From the NCBI GenBank assembly GCA_004431415.1, contig QPMI01000178.1, forward strand, positions 62,001-126,000: DNA of 64,000 nucleotides, in the 5' to 3' direction. Shown here in pieces: positions 11,601-24,015 of the stretch. The notes beneath the pieces are model-generated. The model saw only the letters and a program-made list of their open reading frames with translations, was not told the origin of the DNA and made no database searches. Position numbers and translations under genes: made by a program. Source of the stretch: Cyanophora paradoxa CCMP329. Its lineage: Eukaryota; Plantae; Glaucophyta. The stretch's first letter is position 1. Each line of letters starts with the position of its first letter.

Positions 11601-14600
11601 AGAGGCGCTTGAAGAGCTTCTGGGCGATGGCCATGCCGGCCTCGTCGCGGTTGACGGCGCCGGCGAGGATCTCCGGCACGAAGCGCAGCAGCCGCGGGAT
11701 GTCGTGCTGCGGCGGCAGCGCGGCGAGCGCCACCTGCGCCCCCGTGCTCCGCAGCTGGCCGACCGCCTGCTCCATCTTGCCCAGGACCGCCTGCGAGGCG
11801 AGGCGCGCTCGGGCGGGAGGAGGAGAGAAGAGAGGGGCGGCCGACGACGCACGCTAAGCTTCTCGAGGGCCTGGGCGGTGGTGAGCTGCGGGGCGGCCGG
11901 GGCGGCCGGGGCGCCGCCGTCGCTGGAGCCGGAGAGGCGGCCCTGCGGGGCAGAGCCGGCGGGGCCCGTCGAGTCGGGGCCCAGGGCGCCGAGCAGCTGC
12001 GAGATGGCCGCGCTCGGGCCGGCCTCCTTCTTGCCGCCCAGGAAGCCGTCCTCGGGGTAGCCCCCGACGGGGCGCTGCAGGGGCGAGGCGCCGGCCGCGC
12101 CGGGGCCCGGCGGGCCCGGCGGAGGCGGCGGGGCGGTCGGCGTCCGCGGGATGCGCGCAAAGTCGTCGTAGACGCGGAGCTGGGCCGGGAGGAGGCCGCC
12201 GGGCTTGGGCCGCAGCTGCTCGGGCAGCTGCATCGGGTACCGCCCCGTCGTGAAGATCGACATATCGTAGAACGGCTGGCGCGCGGGCCGAGTCAGAAGG
12301 GCTGGGCGGGCGGGCGGGCGGGCGGGGGCGGCGAAGCCCGCACCTGGCCGGTCTGCTCGCGGTGCTTGCGGCGGGTGCTGTACGCGAACGCCAGGCCCTC
12401 GTCCATGTCCCGCACCGCCTTCTCGCACGCCGCCTTCTCGATCAGCATGCAGCCCAGGTCCAGGTTCTCCGACGCAACCACCTGCCCCGCCCCGGACCCT
12501 CAGCCGCCGGCGGGCACGGGCGAGCGAACGTTCGGAAGTGGAGGGGCGCACCTGGACGGTCTGGTCGATGACGGCCTGGAGCGGGGGGTCGAGGGCGGCG
12601 GGGGCGCCGCCGGTCTGGCCCGTGAGCATGCTCTTGAGGTGGGTGACCATGGAGACGCGGAGGGGCTCCTTGCAGGTGACGAGGGCGAGCGAGCCGGCGA
12701 GGCTCTGGACCATGAGGTGCGCGGCGCGGCGCATCTTGTCCTCGTTCGGCTCCATCGCGAGGTCCTTGAGCACGAGCTCGCGCGTCGTGAGGCACGCGAT
12801 CGTGACCGAGCGCTCGACGACCGGGTTGATGATCTCCCGGATGGCCCGGTCCACGGCCATCGGCACGACCCGCTTGAGGTTCGCGTTCTGCTGGAAGAGC
12901 AGGATCGACGGGTTGATCTGCACGAACGCCGCCAGGTTCGGGATGACCGTCCCCTGCTGCCCGCCCGCCGCCGCCGCGCCGCCCGCTGCCGCCGCCGCCG
13001 CTGCCGCCGCCGCAGCCGCTGCTGCTGCAGCCGCCGCCGCCGCCGCGTCGCCGAATGCGGCCGTCGGGTACGCGCCGCCGGGCTGGCCGAGGCTGCTGAG
13101 CGCCGCCTGCTGGAGGCTGGGCGAGAGGCCGTAGGGCAGGCCGGCCGCCACCGCCGCCGCCGCCGCAGCGGCCGCGGCCGCGGCCGCTGCCGCCTTGGCC
13201 TCCTCGGTGTCGCCGGCGAGGCCGAGGGCGGCGCTGGCCGAGGCGAGGCCGCCGGGGCCCGAGGCCGGCCCCCCGATGGAGGTGGAGGCGCCGGCGCCGG
13301 GGGCGGTGGAGGAGGGCGGGGAGGGCGCGGGGCCGTCCTCGGGGCGCTGCGAGGTCGCGTTGAAGTCCTGCGAGTTGCCGCGGTCCACCTGCCGCTCCTT
13401 CAGCAGCGCCGTCGGCTTGATGTCTGCGCCGCCCGCCCCGCGTCAGCCAGCCAGTCGGCCCCGGAGCTAGCAGAGCGCGGGGGCGGGGGCGGACCCTTGA
13501 TGTCGATGTTGAGGTTCTTGCAGAGGACCTCGACCTCGAACTTGAGGTTGAGCTTGAGGTCGGGGAGGTGGTAGAGCTCGACGAGGAGCGAGAGGATGGC
13601 CATGACCCACGGGTTGGGCGGCTTGAAGATGCGGGACTTGGCGCACGCCTCGAGCACCTTGGCGACGAAGGGGATGACGGCGATGAGCCGCCCCGCGTCG
13701 TACGCCTGGAAGATCAGCTCCTTGAGCTCCAGGTCCTTCGCCAGCAGCGGCTTGTTCTTGGCGATCGTCAGCGTGCCGAGCCACGATCCCAGGTTCTTCA
13801 GCAGCGACCGCTCCTGCGACGAGACCTTCACCTTGTCCGACTTGAGCAGAATCTTGATGTTGTCGTACGTGAACTGAGGGCGAGCGGCTTCAGTACGCAG
13901 CAACGCAACCGAACAAGGCGGCTTGACGAAGAAAGAGAGGCGGCAGACGGACCTGGATGACGAGGTTGGTGAGCTTCGTGATGTTGAGCTTCTCGAGGTA
14001 CTGGAGGTAGACGCCGTGGAAGTTGGGCTCGATGGAGGCCCGCTTGACGACGAGGTAGTTGGCGACGAAGGGGTAGTGCTCGGCCTGCAGGAACTCCTTG
14101 AGCTCGGCCACCTTCTTGTCGAGGTTCTGCGCCGAGACGTTGTTGAAGATGAAGTGGATCTTGTCCTGCACGCCCTCGTCCGGCGCCACCATGTCCTTGC
14201 TCTCCGTCAGCAGCGTGTCGATCGAGAGCTGCGTCGCGAAGGTCGCCCGCTCCCCGCCCGGCGGCGGGCTCGCCGCCGGCGGCGCGCCCTCCGCCTTGGC
14301 CGCGGGCGGCGGCGACGGCGGCGCGTTGGCCGCCGAGGGAGGGAGGGCGCGGGGCCGCCCGCTGCGGCGCGGCGCCGGCGCCGGGCATCGGCTGCTGGCC
14401 GGCGGCCTGGCTGGCGGCGGCGGCGGAGATGGCGGCGGAGAGGGGCCCGGGCGGGAGCCGGCGGCCGGCGCGGCGCCGTCGCTCAGGTTGGCGCCGGAGA
14501 GGCCGGCGGCGACGCCGGCCTCGAGCTGCGCGACGCGGATGCGCGCCTCCTGCTGGGAGAGCGCCGCCAGCATCTGCTGCTGGATGGTCGGGGCGCCCTG

Positions 14601-17600
14601 GCCCGGCGGCGCGAACTGCGTCCCCAGCGCGCCCTGCCCGGCCCCCGGCGCGACGCCGCCGCGGCCGAGCGCCACATTCGCGCCGCGCGCGCCGGCGCCG
14701 ACGGCGGCGGACGGCTGGTGCGGCCCGCCGAGGTCGCCGAGGCGGGCCTGCTCCAGGGCCGGCGCGTAGACGGGGACGGGGCGCTGGACGCCCGGCCCCG
14801 GGGCGCCGGGGGCGCCGGGGAGGGCGGCCCGCCGGGCGCCGGCGCCGGCGCCGGGGCGGGAGGCGCCGGGTTGGCGAGGGCCTGCTCGATGAACTCGATG
14901 AGGTCGGGGTGGGCCTGCCGCATGTGCGGGATCTGGACGATGTGGCTGCAGTACTGCGGCCACTCGGAGAGCCGTGCCTTGAACTGCTCCAGCGCGCAGA
15001 GGCCGAACTTGAACATCTTCGAGCCGACGGGCTTGCGCAGCGCCTCGAGGACGTAGCGCAGGGCGATGCCGAGCGTGATCGACGAGACGAGCTGGTGCTG
15101 GATCAGCGAGCCGAAGAGGACACCCGTGATCTTGAGCTCCTTGTCCGGGTACTTCGGGAAAAAGCGGTACTCGTCGAAGAGGTTGTGGATCATGCACGCG
15201 AAGATCTCCTGCTCCCTGCGCCGCCGAGGGGGAGCCGTCGGCGGAGGCGGAGGCAAGGGCGGCAGTGCGGGGCGGGGCGGACCGCGTGTTGCGGGAGTTC
15301 TTGAAGCCTTTCAGCATCTCCACGACCTCGCCGATGCTCTGCTGCGACGTGTAGATCTTCTGGAAGTACGAGTTCGCCTCCTCCTCGATCTCGCTCGCGA
15401 AGACCTGAGCGCGCGCGCCCAGGGCGTCAGGGGCGGCGGCCGGCGGGTGGAAGCGGGCGCCGGCGCCCGCGGCGCGTACCTCGCCCTGGGGTGTGTCGGC
15501 GCTGAAGCCGCCGAGGCGGGGGTTCGCCTGCATGCAGGCGCTGTGGACGAGCTTGAACTCTTCCGCCAGCTCCGGCGACATGATGCTGCGGGGAGGCACG
15601 GGTCAGGCGCGATGCTGCACTATCAGACGAGGGCGGAGGCGGAGGCGGCGGCCGCACTTCTGGTTGGAGTGCAGGCACTTGAAGAAGATCGCGGCGGTCT
15701 CCACGGAGAGAGCCACGCTCTGCGCCTGCCCGGCGGCGTCGGCTTCGGCGCCCGCGCGGCGGAGCTGAGGGGCGGGGGGGCGGGGAGGGGTACCCCGTGG
15801 TGCAGGAACTTGTCGCGCAGGAACGTGATGCACTCGCGGATGAAATCAACGCCGAACTCCTGGATGCGGTCCTGCGGGCGCGGTGCGGCTAAGCTTGAGC
15901 GCCGGCCGGTGGAGGGGAGCGGGGGCGCGGGGGCGGGCGGGAAGGCGCGGGGGCGAGCCTGGAGCCACTTGTCGAGGTTGAGGTACTCGCGCCGCGAGGC
16001 GAGGGCCGCCAGATCGATGGAGAAGGAGAAGGGGCGGGCCTCCAGGATGGCCGAGAGCGACTGCCGGGCGGACGGGCGGAGCGAATCAGGCGAGGAGGGC
16101 ACGGGAGAAAGAAAGGCAAGGAAGGAAAGGAATGGTGCGGGGGGCGAGCGGGCGGGCGGGCGGGCGCACCCGGAGCTCCTGGGCGACGTCGAGGAGGCGG
16201 GAGATGGAGGAGGGGTCCTTCTTGTGCATCTCGACCATGCCCTTGACCAGCACGGCCCGGTTGAGGGTCCACAGGCGCGCCAGCACGGGGCTCGAGTGCG
16301 CGTGGTTGCCCAGGTAGACCGGCAGCAGCAGGCCCAGCAGCTCGTTCTGCATCGACGAGCCGTTCGGCTGCGGGGCGCGCGCGCGCGCGGGTCAGGCGGC
16401 GCGGCGCAGGAGGAGGGGCGCGCGGCGGGGAGGTCCGGACCTTGACTTGGGCGAGAGCGAGCAGGAGGAGCTCGGGGACGGTCTTGAGCGGGGCGTCGAA
16501 GAGCGCGCGCACGGCCTGGAAGTGATCGCCCTCGGCCAGCGAGCAGAGGACCTCGACGAGGTCCAGGGAGGCCCACGTCACGGCCGCCGCCGCCGAGGCC
16601 GGCGCCGCGCGCACGCCCGGCGCCTCGAAGGGCGGCTGCCGGCGAGGCGAGGCGGCGAACGAGAAGAGCTCCTGCGGCGCCGCGATCGCCTGCCGAAGCA
16701 GCGAGATCTGCCCCGCCGCGTTCTGCCAGGGCGTGAGGATCGCCTCGAGCGGGAACGGCTCCTGCGGTGCAGGGCGCCCGGTCAGCCGGGTGCGAAGCGG
16801 CCGGGCGGGGCGGAGGCGTCAGGCACCGAGGTGGCCTTGCGGTAGACCGCAAGGATGAACGCGAAGCCCTTCTGGTCGCCGATGTGGAAGCTCGGGTGGT
16901 CCAGCAGGCGGACGACCTGCGGCCACTTGATGGACGGCGCCTGCGCGTGCGCGGCGGGGCGTCAGCGGCGCGGCGCGCGGTCGGCTCGCGCTCGGCGCGG
17001 ACCATGTTGCGGACGGTGTCGACGAAGACGTCGATGTTCCAGCCCGCGGAAGGCTTCGGCTCGCTCTTGGACTCGAGGTTCAGGAGGGAGAGGTACTCGT
17101 CCGCCGCGAGGCCGGGCGTCCGCGCCATCATGCCGACGATGAGCGCGACATCCGCGGCGGTGAGCGGCGGGAACTGCACGAGCAGCTCCTGAAGGGCCTG
17201 CGGCGTGCTGCAGCACCCGTAGCCGAGGTCCTCCATGAGCGCCGCCGGCGAGAAGGTCGCAGTCACGCGGTAGAGCAGGGAGCTCGGGTCATCGACCGAA
17301 GTCTCTTTCCCGACCGCCTCCTGCATGATGTTCCTGCGCAAAGGACGTTACATCGATGCAATACGCCACAAAAAGAAGGCCGCGGACCGCTTGCAGTTGG
17401 GTTCGTAAGAGTCCGCGTACAACAGCGGTGCAACCACCAGAGACACTTCGGGCTCCGGGATTACGGATTGAAGCTTCTTCAGAACCTCCTCGCGATCCTC
17501 GGCGAACGATTCATGCGTCCGCACAAAGTGGATGAAGGCGTGAAGGACCGGCTCCGGCGCGAGCTGGTGCACGGACTCTGGGAGGTCGTTAAGCTTCGCG

Positions 17601-18166
17601 CGCAGAAACTCGACTCCTGTGCGAACGCAAAGGGGTCAGCGGGACCCCAGGGGCGCCAGGCGGCCATCACCCGCCAAATGGGCAAAGACGCGATGCGAGC
17701 ACGGACCTTCGGCGTGGAGTCGCTGTTCCCGCGAATGGGCGAAACCGAGCCCGAGAACAAGCGCGACCGCGAACGGGAGCTTGAGAAGCCGCTCAAGCTC
17801 TTCGAGGAAGTCCGCTTGTACGAGGTCGGTGTCGAGACCTTCGAAGGCCTGACAGACGATGCTAATGAAGTTCGGACGAGAGGGAAGTGACGCGAGCTCC
17901 TTCTCGAGAAGCGCCAAGTGCGATGGGTCGCGTCGGATGTCGCTCGGGTCGCCGATCTCCTCGGTGAGGCAGCGTAGAACGCAGGCGGTGCCCTCGCTGC
18001 CCCAGAGGTCGACGAGCTGTTCCGAAGCGGTCAGCAAGGCGGCGACGGCATCTGCGACACGGCATACACGTACATTCCCGACCTCCTCCGAAGCCGACTT
18101 GAGGGAGCGACGGCCAAGATTGGAGACGATGAACCTGATCTGCGAGTACACCAGGGACTCTAGCAT
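8601..18166 (-). CDS. CNOT1: CCR4-NOT transcription complex subunit 1, multi-exon
   Basis: Conserved Not1 peptides: [175 protein letters not shown] ([12 protein letters not shown]) at 18166; TAG at 8601-8603. Confidence 0.96.
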
Positions 18167-18520
18167 CGGCCGGGCATCGGCCGAAGCCGCGTTTTGCTGC
18201 GCGGTTCCGGTGTACCCGGAACGCTGGGGTACGAGCGAAGTATGGCAACTCGGTCCGATGACTCGCTCGCGCTGGCTCGAACGGTGCAGCGGCGGCAGCG
18301 CCTTCGCGCGCGTCGCTTCCACTGGCGGTCGATGCGCGAGATGCGCAGAGGGATCGGCTAGCTGCACGGTCTGCACGTTGCGAAGTGCAATCTTTCGAAT
18401 CCCCGCGCTTCCAGCAGCATTCAGCGCATCCAGAAGCGCGTCTGCCGGAGGGCCTCGCCCCCCTCCTCGCAGCGGGGTCGCTTCTTTCGACTCCCCGCGC
18501 ATCTCCTTCTCCTGACGTGA

Positions 18521-19462
18521 CGGCCTGCGTGACGGCGGCCGAGTGCCTGCCGCTGTTGGAGGCCCTCACGCGCATCCAGCAGCGCGGCGTCGGCCCCGAC
18601 GGCCTCGCCCGCCTCCTCGAGGACGCGCGCGGAGAAGGCGGCGGCCGGCGCCGGCGCGCCGGGCGGCCTCAAGGACCGCAAGTCGTCGCGGGAGCGCCTG
18701 CAGGGCGCCGAGGGCGGCGTCGCGCGGGCGCCCCTGGACCCGCCCGAGGTCCGCCACCAGGTCGCCCTCATGTTCGACGAGTGGATGCGCGTGTGCGCCG
18801 CCGGCGGCACGGCCGGCGGGGCCCTCCCGACGGCCGTCCCCGCCGGCCCGGCGCACTCCTCGGAGGCCAAGGCGTACGCGCCGTACCTCGCCCAGTTTCA
18901 GAACGCCGTCGTCAAGGCCCGCCCCGCCCCGCCGGCCGCCCCGCCGGCCGCGCGGCCGCTGACGGGGCGGGGGCAGGGCGGGGACGAGGCGGTGGAGCGC
19001 TTCTTCCGCAACGCGGCGGAGCTCGCGGTGGAGGCGGCGCTGGTCGGCGCGCCCGGCGGCGGCCCCAACTACGTCCCCGTCGACGCCCTCGCCAAGCTCG
19101 TCGTCCTCCTCGTCAAGTACGGCCAGGGCCCCGACGCCGGGTCCGCCCGCCCCGCCCGCCCCGCCCGCCCGCCCCGCCGGGCGGGGGCCGACGGGGCGGG
19201 CAGGGCGCCGCCGCGGGTGGCGTTCCTGGTGAAGGTGCTGTCGACGATCTCGCGGGGGGTGGCGCGGGACGCGGAGGGGCGGGGCAAGGCGTTCAACCAG
19301 CGGCCGTGGTTCCGCCTGCTCGCGGACCTCATCGCCGACCTCAACACGCCCGACCTCGTCCTCGAGGCCTCCAACTTCCAGGCCCGCCCCCGCCCCGCCC
19401 TTGCGCCCCCGCCCTGCCCCGCCCCGCGCCTCGTGGCGAGCCGCCGGCCGCGCAGATCCTGC
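18521..19462 (+). pseudogene. CNOT1: Inverted partial duplicate of CNOT1 (parent 10205-11174), introns retained
   Basis: Near-identical to the reverse complement of 10205-11174, including three introns. A 20-bp frameshifting deletion lies near 18630. The rest of the gene is absent. Confidence 0.9.
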
Positions 19463-20784
19463 CGCCTGGACGAGGGGAGCCCGGCTGCCAACCCCGCGCC
19501 CAGGCGCCTCCGATGCGCCTCGACGCCTCCAAGGCCCCCGAGGTGCCCTGGGTCTGCAGCCGAGCCTGAGCCTGCCGAAGGGCCAGCCGCGGCGCTTGGA
19601 CCCGAACTGACGCTGAGCCCCCGCCCGCAGCTGCTGGCATCACGGCCACGAGACTAGTACTTCCAGCGCCCCCGGCCCCGGCTCGAGGCGCCCCCGTGAG
19701 CCGGGGCAGGTCGACGTCTCGCGAAGCTCAGAGCCTCTGAGACCGTCTCGCGATGCCGCGGAAGGCGTACTCGAGCTCGTACCTAGGTATACTGCTGGAC
19801 GTGTTGCACCTGAATGCGGTCTAGATCTTCGGCGGCCGCCGAGCCTAGCGATAGCTTTAAGGTTTGATCATGTATGCATGTGCACGCGTGAGCCTCGGAA
19901 CTTGCAAGCCCCGGGCCCGGGGCCCATAGGCGCTAGGCGAGGGGCGCACCAGCTTGGGCCGGCTCGGGCGCATTTGATTTGCAATCGATCATGGCATTGC
20001 GTGTACGCATGGCCGGCCGCGGCGCCAGCTAGCTATAGGCTATAGCTAGGGGTGGGGATATCCCCTCTCCGAACGCCTGGGGGTACGTATACGTATACCA
20101 GTGCTCTGAAAAAAATGGCCGCAACCGCGCTCCTCGCGTTCCCGCAGCAGGTGCGCCGCGGCGCGATACGTACGGAGGCTCGGCTTGTGAACATGATCGC
20201 GGCTTGAGCGCTAGCGCGGCCAGATCTAGAGTGCTAGCTGTAGCTATAGACATGTCGCGCGGTTGCAGTAACCGCGGCCGACGGAGGACCTCGCGCGCTC
20301 GCAGGTGCGCGAAGTGACGCATCTAGTGAGTTCCTTTCGGTACGTGCACCGCTGGCGCTTGAGCGCGCACGCCGCGGCGCTAAATCTGACGCGCACACGC
20401 CCATGGCCAACCGCTGTCGCAGATCCAGATCTAGAGCAAGTTATAGCGCCCTCTCCGCATCTGGATCCTTGTTCAAGGTTCGACGTCTCTCGAGGTATGA
20501 ACGTTAACGTCCGCGACGCGTGCAGGAAGAGGCATCGAGCGAGTCCCGCCTGCAGCTGGCGCGTGCGCGGGCAGCTTTCTCCGACTCCGATCTCGATTTA
20601 GACGTGCGCGCGCGCTGAATCGGCACCTCCAGCTCTAGAAAGACCTCGTACCTGACGCGATATCGATTCTCGCATTGCAGCAGATGCAGCCTCGAGATCA
20701 GAATTCGAAGGCGGATCTCACGCTCACGGGCGCGCTAGCGCTCGCGATCGAGGGCCCGAGGCAGAGGCCCGCTTCCATTTCCAG

Positions 20785-20983
20785 GCCCGCGGCGCCGGCC
20801 GCGGCCGAACTCGAACCCGGAGCCGGAGCTGCTATGGCGAGGCAGGCGCGGGAGCGGCGGGAGGAGGCGGAGGCGGCGTGGCGGGCCAAGCGCACCGGCT
20901 GCGAGTCCTGCCACATCTGCCTCTACCGAATCCTCCAAGCCCTCAGGGAGCGGCTCGCCTGCAGCTGCCGCTGCTGGCGCTAG
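20785..20983 (+). CDS. Probable terminal exon (or 49-aa ORF from ATG 20834) of a small gene with a Cys-rich C-terminus
   Basis: Preceded by a TTTCCAG acceptor. Strongly G/C-ending codons. Peptide ...RTGCESCHICLYRILQALRERLACSCRCWR*. AT-rich 3' flank. Candidate upstream mini-exons from ATG 20115. Confidence 0.3.
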
Positions 20984-22265
20984 CCACTAATGGTGAATTC
21001 ATGATTTATGCACGCACAAAACTGCCGCAGTGCGAACACGTAATAGAATAGACATTGATGTAGCCAATTGAAAACGATAAATTAGCACTTGCGAAATCTA
21101 ATACTTCTGATTGTAACAGTTTTGGAAGGGCGGCCGCGGCTTATATATATAACTATATAATTAGCGCTGGAATCATATTTCTGAATCGATGATCAACTTG
21201 ACAAGCTAGAAACTGAAAGACCTAGCTATAGAACTGAAGCTCGCATCACTGAAACTAGCTAGCTTGCACATGCAATCGGTAGCAAACGACTAGGGTCTTC
21301 GACTCGCCCCCGCCCCCTGATCGTCTCAGCCTGGCAGGATATGCAAGGTGACCATGGGGTCTAAATGGACTCCGGGACAATGCATATGAGAATTTAAATC
21401 GTCCTGCAGAATTAGGTTGGCTGCGAATTAAAGTACTAGTCCTGCAGATCTATAGCTAAAGCGCTAGACGCCCGTCTCCAGGCTCGCGGAATCCAGCGCT
21501 AGCGACTCAAGGTATACGCAGGAGGAGCGGAAAACTTGAAACAAGGTGCCGCACTGCGCATCAATGCATGCCGCGCAGTGCGCAGGGGCGAGCAAGCCGC
21601 CCGGCCCGGCGGCCCAGCTCGCCAGACGTCGACCAACGGATCATGACCCCTGGGCCTGGATGCTTCAAGAGGGCGCCCCCTCCGAGGCTCCGGACGGGCC
21701 AGTCGGGCACGCCTACGCCGTCGACCATATGCATGTACCATATGCATGTCATGAACGTCGGAAGCTTAATTATAAGCCTTGAAGCGACCAATTGGATATC
21801 GGATGTCATGTATATCGATCATATGCATGCGGCTGAGACGCCGCCCAAATTCGGGCCAAGCTCTAGCTATAGCCAGTAAGCCTAGGCCTCCCGAGTCAGA
21901 GCCTCGGAGGCTCGGCGCCGGGCGAGTCGCGCGGGTCCCAGCCAGCGCTGATCATGACTCATGAGCCGCGGAGTGCCGGGCGCCGGCGCCGGCACTGCGG
22001 CAGCATCCTTCCGGACCCTGCGAATGCCTACGCATGCATATGCGCATCATGGCATGCGCAGCCGTACGTATACTACGGTACCCGTTGCCTACGTAATTAG
22101 CGTCCTTCATGTCAAGTTCATGGTCATGATCACGCAACTTCGGTGACGCATGCGCAAGATGATGCATATGCCAAGAATCCCGAGGTCGATCACGTGCGCA
22201 TGCACACGACGAACTGGAAATTCCTGGAAATTTTCTGGAAATTTTGGTGGTCCGAACCGTTCGGT

Positions 22266-22362
22266 GCACCGATACGGCGATACCCGCCGCTGCCGGCCCG
22301 CCGCCGGCCCGGCGCCGGGCCGCGCGCCGGCCGGCAGTGCCCGGCACCGATACGGCGATACC
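22266..22362. repeat. 19-bp direct repeat GCACCGATACGGCGATACC, two copies
   Basis: Copies at 22266-22284 and 22344-22362, with a GC-rich spacer. Confidence 0.85.
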
Positions 22363-22452
22363 GGCCGCCGGCCGGCAGCGGCGGGCCTACTACTAGGACT
22401 ACTACTAGGAGTATACGTACTAGTGGCCCGGCCGCGATTTTCGCGCCGGGGG

Positions 22453-23177
22453 TGCAAGGGGGGAACCGGGATCTAATGAAAGAGCCCTAGTGGCACGCAC
22501 ATGCGCAGAGTCCTCCCCTCGCGCGCGACCCCTCGGCTCGGTCACGCGTGCTCGGCTGCGGGCAGCGGCGCACGCGGTACTGCGGTATATATATAAGCTC
22601 GATTTCGGCGGCGTGCTGAGCGCAGCAAGAGAGCACGGTCTGGACGGCCGGGCGTGCTCGGCTGCGATCAGCGGCGCAGCTAGGCAGCGGCGCAAGCGGT
22701 TTGCGGTGCAAGCTCAAGCACGAGTGCCGGGCAGCGTGCTCGGCTGCGGGCAGCGGCGCGCGCTCGGTAGGCGGTGCTGCGGTGCAAGCTTGATGCAGTG
22801 AGAAGTAGTCCAGGCGGCACGGGTACCGTGCGGCGTACGCGGCGCAGTGCGAGGAAGCGGAAATCTAGAGGAGACAGCTAGGGAGAAGTGGTTCCATGCA
22901 AAACCGCGCAAGGAAGAGCCCGGAGTGAGAGAGAAGTTGGTTTTCCCCTCGAAAACCACTTTCGCGAGTTCGAGAGAGCTCTCGCGAGCTCGAGTTTGAC
23001 GCTTGAAAGTCGAGGGCTGACCGGTTCACCGAGCCAATCAGAACGCGAATAACCCGTCATTTTTTTCCGGTGTTGCATACTGGACCTCGCAAACGGCCTC
23101 ATAGAAAAAGTTTGGCTGAAGCGAGGGAACGGGAAGCAAGCTGGGAGAAGCCCTTCGGTCATCTTTCCCCCCTTGCA
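22453..23177. mobile_element. Candidate non-autonomous TIR element with internal ~90-bp degenerate tandem repeats
   Basis: Perfect 13-bp inverted repeat TGCAAGGGGGGAA (22453-22465) / TTCCCCCCTTGCA (23165-23177). GCGTGCTCGGCTGCG..CAGCGGCGC occurs three times (22546, 22652, 22734). No TSD seen. Confidence 0.35.
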
Positions 23178-24015
23178 ATTATAAGCTGCTGATTATATAT
23201 GATAGGTGAGCGCGGCCCTCGATATTCCTGCTGCGCAGCATTACGGGACAAGTTGCACGTGCTTCCCGCCTCCCGACTCCCGACTCCGGCCCAGTCTCAG
23301 AGTCTCCTCGAGTCCTACCGTAGTACCACCGACCGTGTCGGACCGTCGGAGAGACGGTCGCGGGCCGTCTCGGACGTCGAGTCCGAGTCGACGTCGACGT
23401 CTTCGCGATCGATAGCGGCCGCGGGCGGCGGCGACGTCGACCGTCGGACGGGCCGCCTTCTCCCCGGCCCGCCTACCGTCGGACGGAGCCCGGCCCGGCG
23501 GGCGGGCTCAAAAAGTTTAGGCCCTCATGGGCCATGGCCCCCCAACTTTAGGACAAGTTTAGGCTCGAAGCGGACCCATTGGGCCACGAGGAGGGCCCCG
23601 GCGGCGCCGGCGCCCCGCGGCCGCGGGCCGCGGGCCCAGACCGCCCCGGGCCCTCCCGAGTCCCGGACTCCCGGCTGACGTCCCCTACAGGCTACCGCCC
23701 GCCCCCATCCTCAGGCTGCCCGCCCAGCGGAGCCCACCCGGGCCACCCCTCAGCTCTAGATCTCCGGCCCTGCCTCGGACCCCGGCCACATTGTGTAACT
23801 AGTAATTACCGACCACAGTCCTTAGACTCATGATCATGATTCGGAGTCGACGCGTCGTGCATTGGTGACACGAATTCGAAGCACTGCTGGGGCTGAAAGG
23901 ACGCACTGCTGGGGCTGAAAGACGCTAATAATTATACTTTATACATAGTATTATAGCGTTCTCACCCGTATACGTATGTGCATGCGCGGCCAGGGGATTG
24001 CACATTGAAGTCGCA

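Noticed and set aside
10097-16445. Many long Arg/Pro/Ala/Gly-rich ORFs in alternative or antisense frames, also at 52235-59615
   Set aside because: They are shadow ORFs caused by stop-codon scarcity in very GC-rich DNA overlapping CNOT1 and TRAPPC8.
23510-23570. Three TTTAGG motifs suggesting interstitial telomere repeats
   Set aside because: Not tandem and too few.
23880-23921. GCACTGCTGGGGCTGAAAG duplicated in tandem
   Set aside because: An ordinary short tandem duplication with no further structure.
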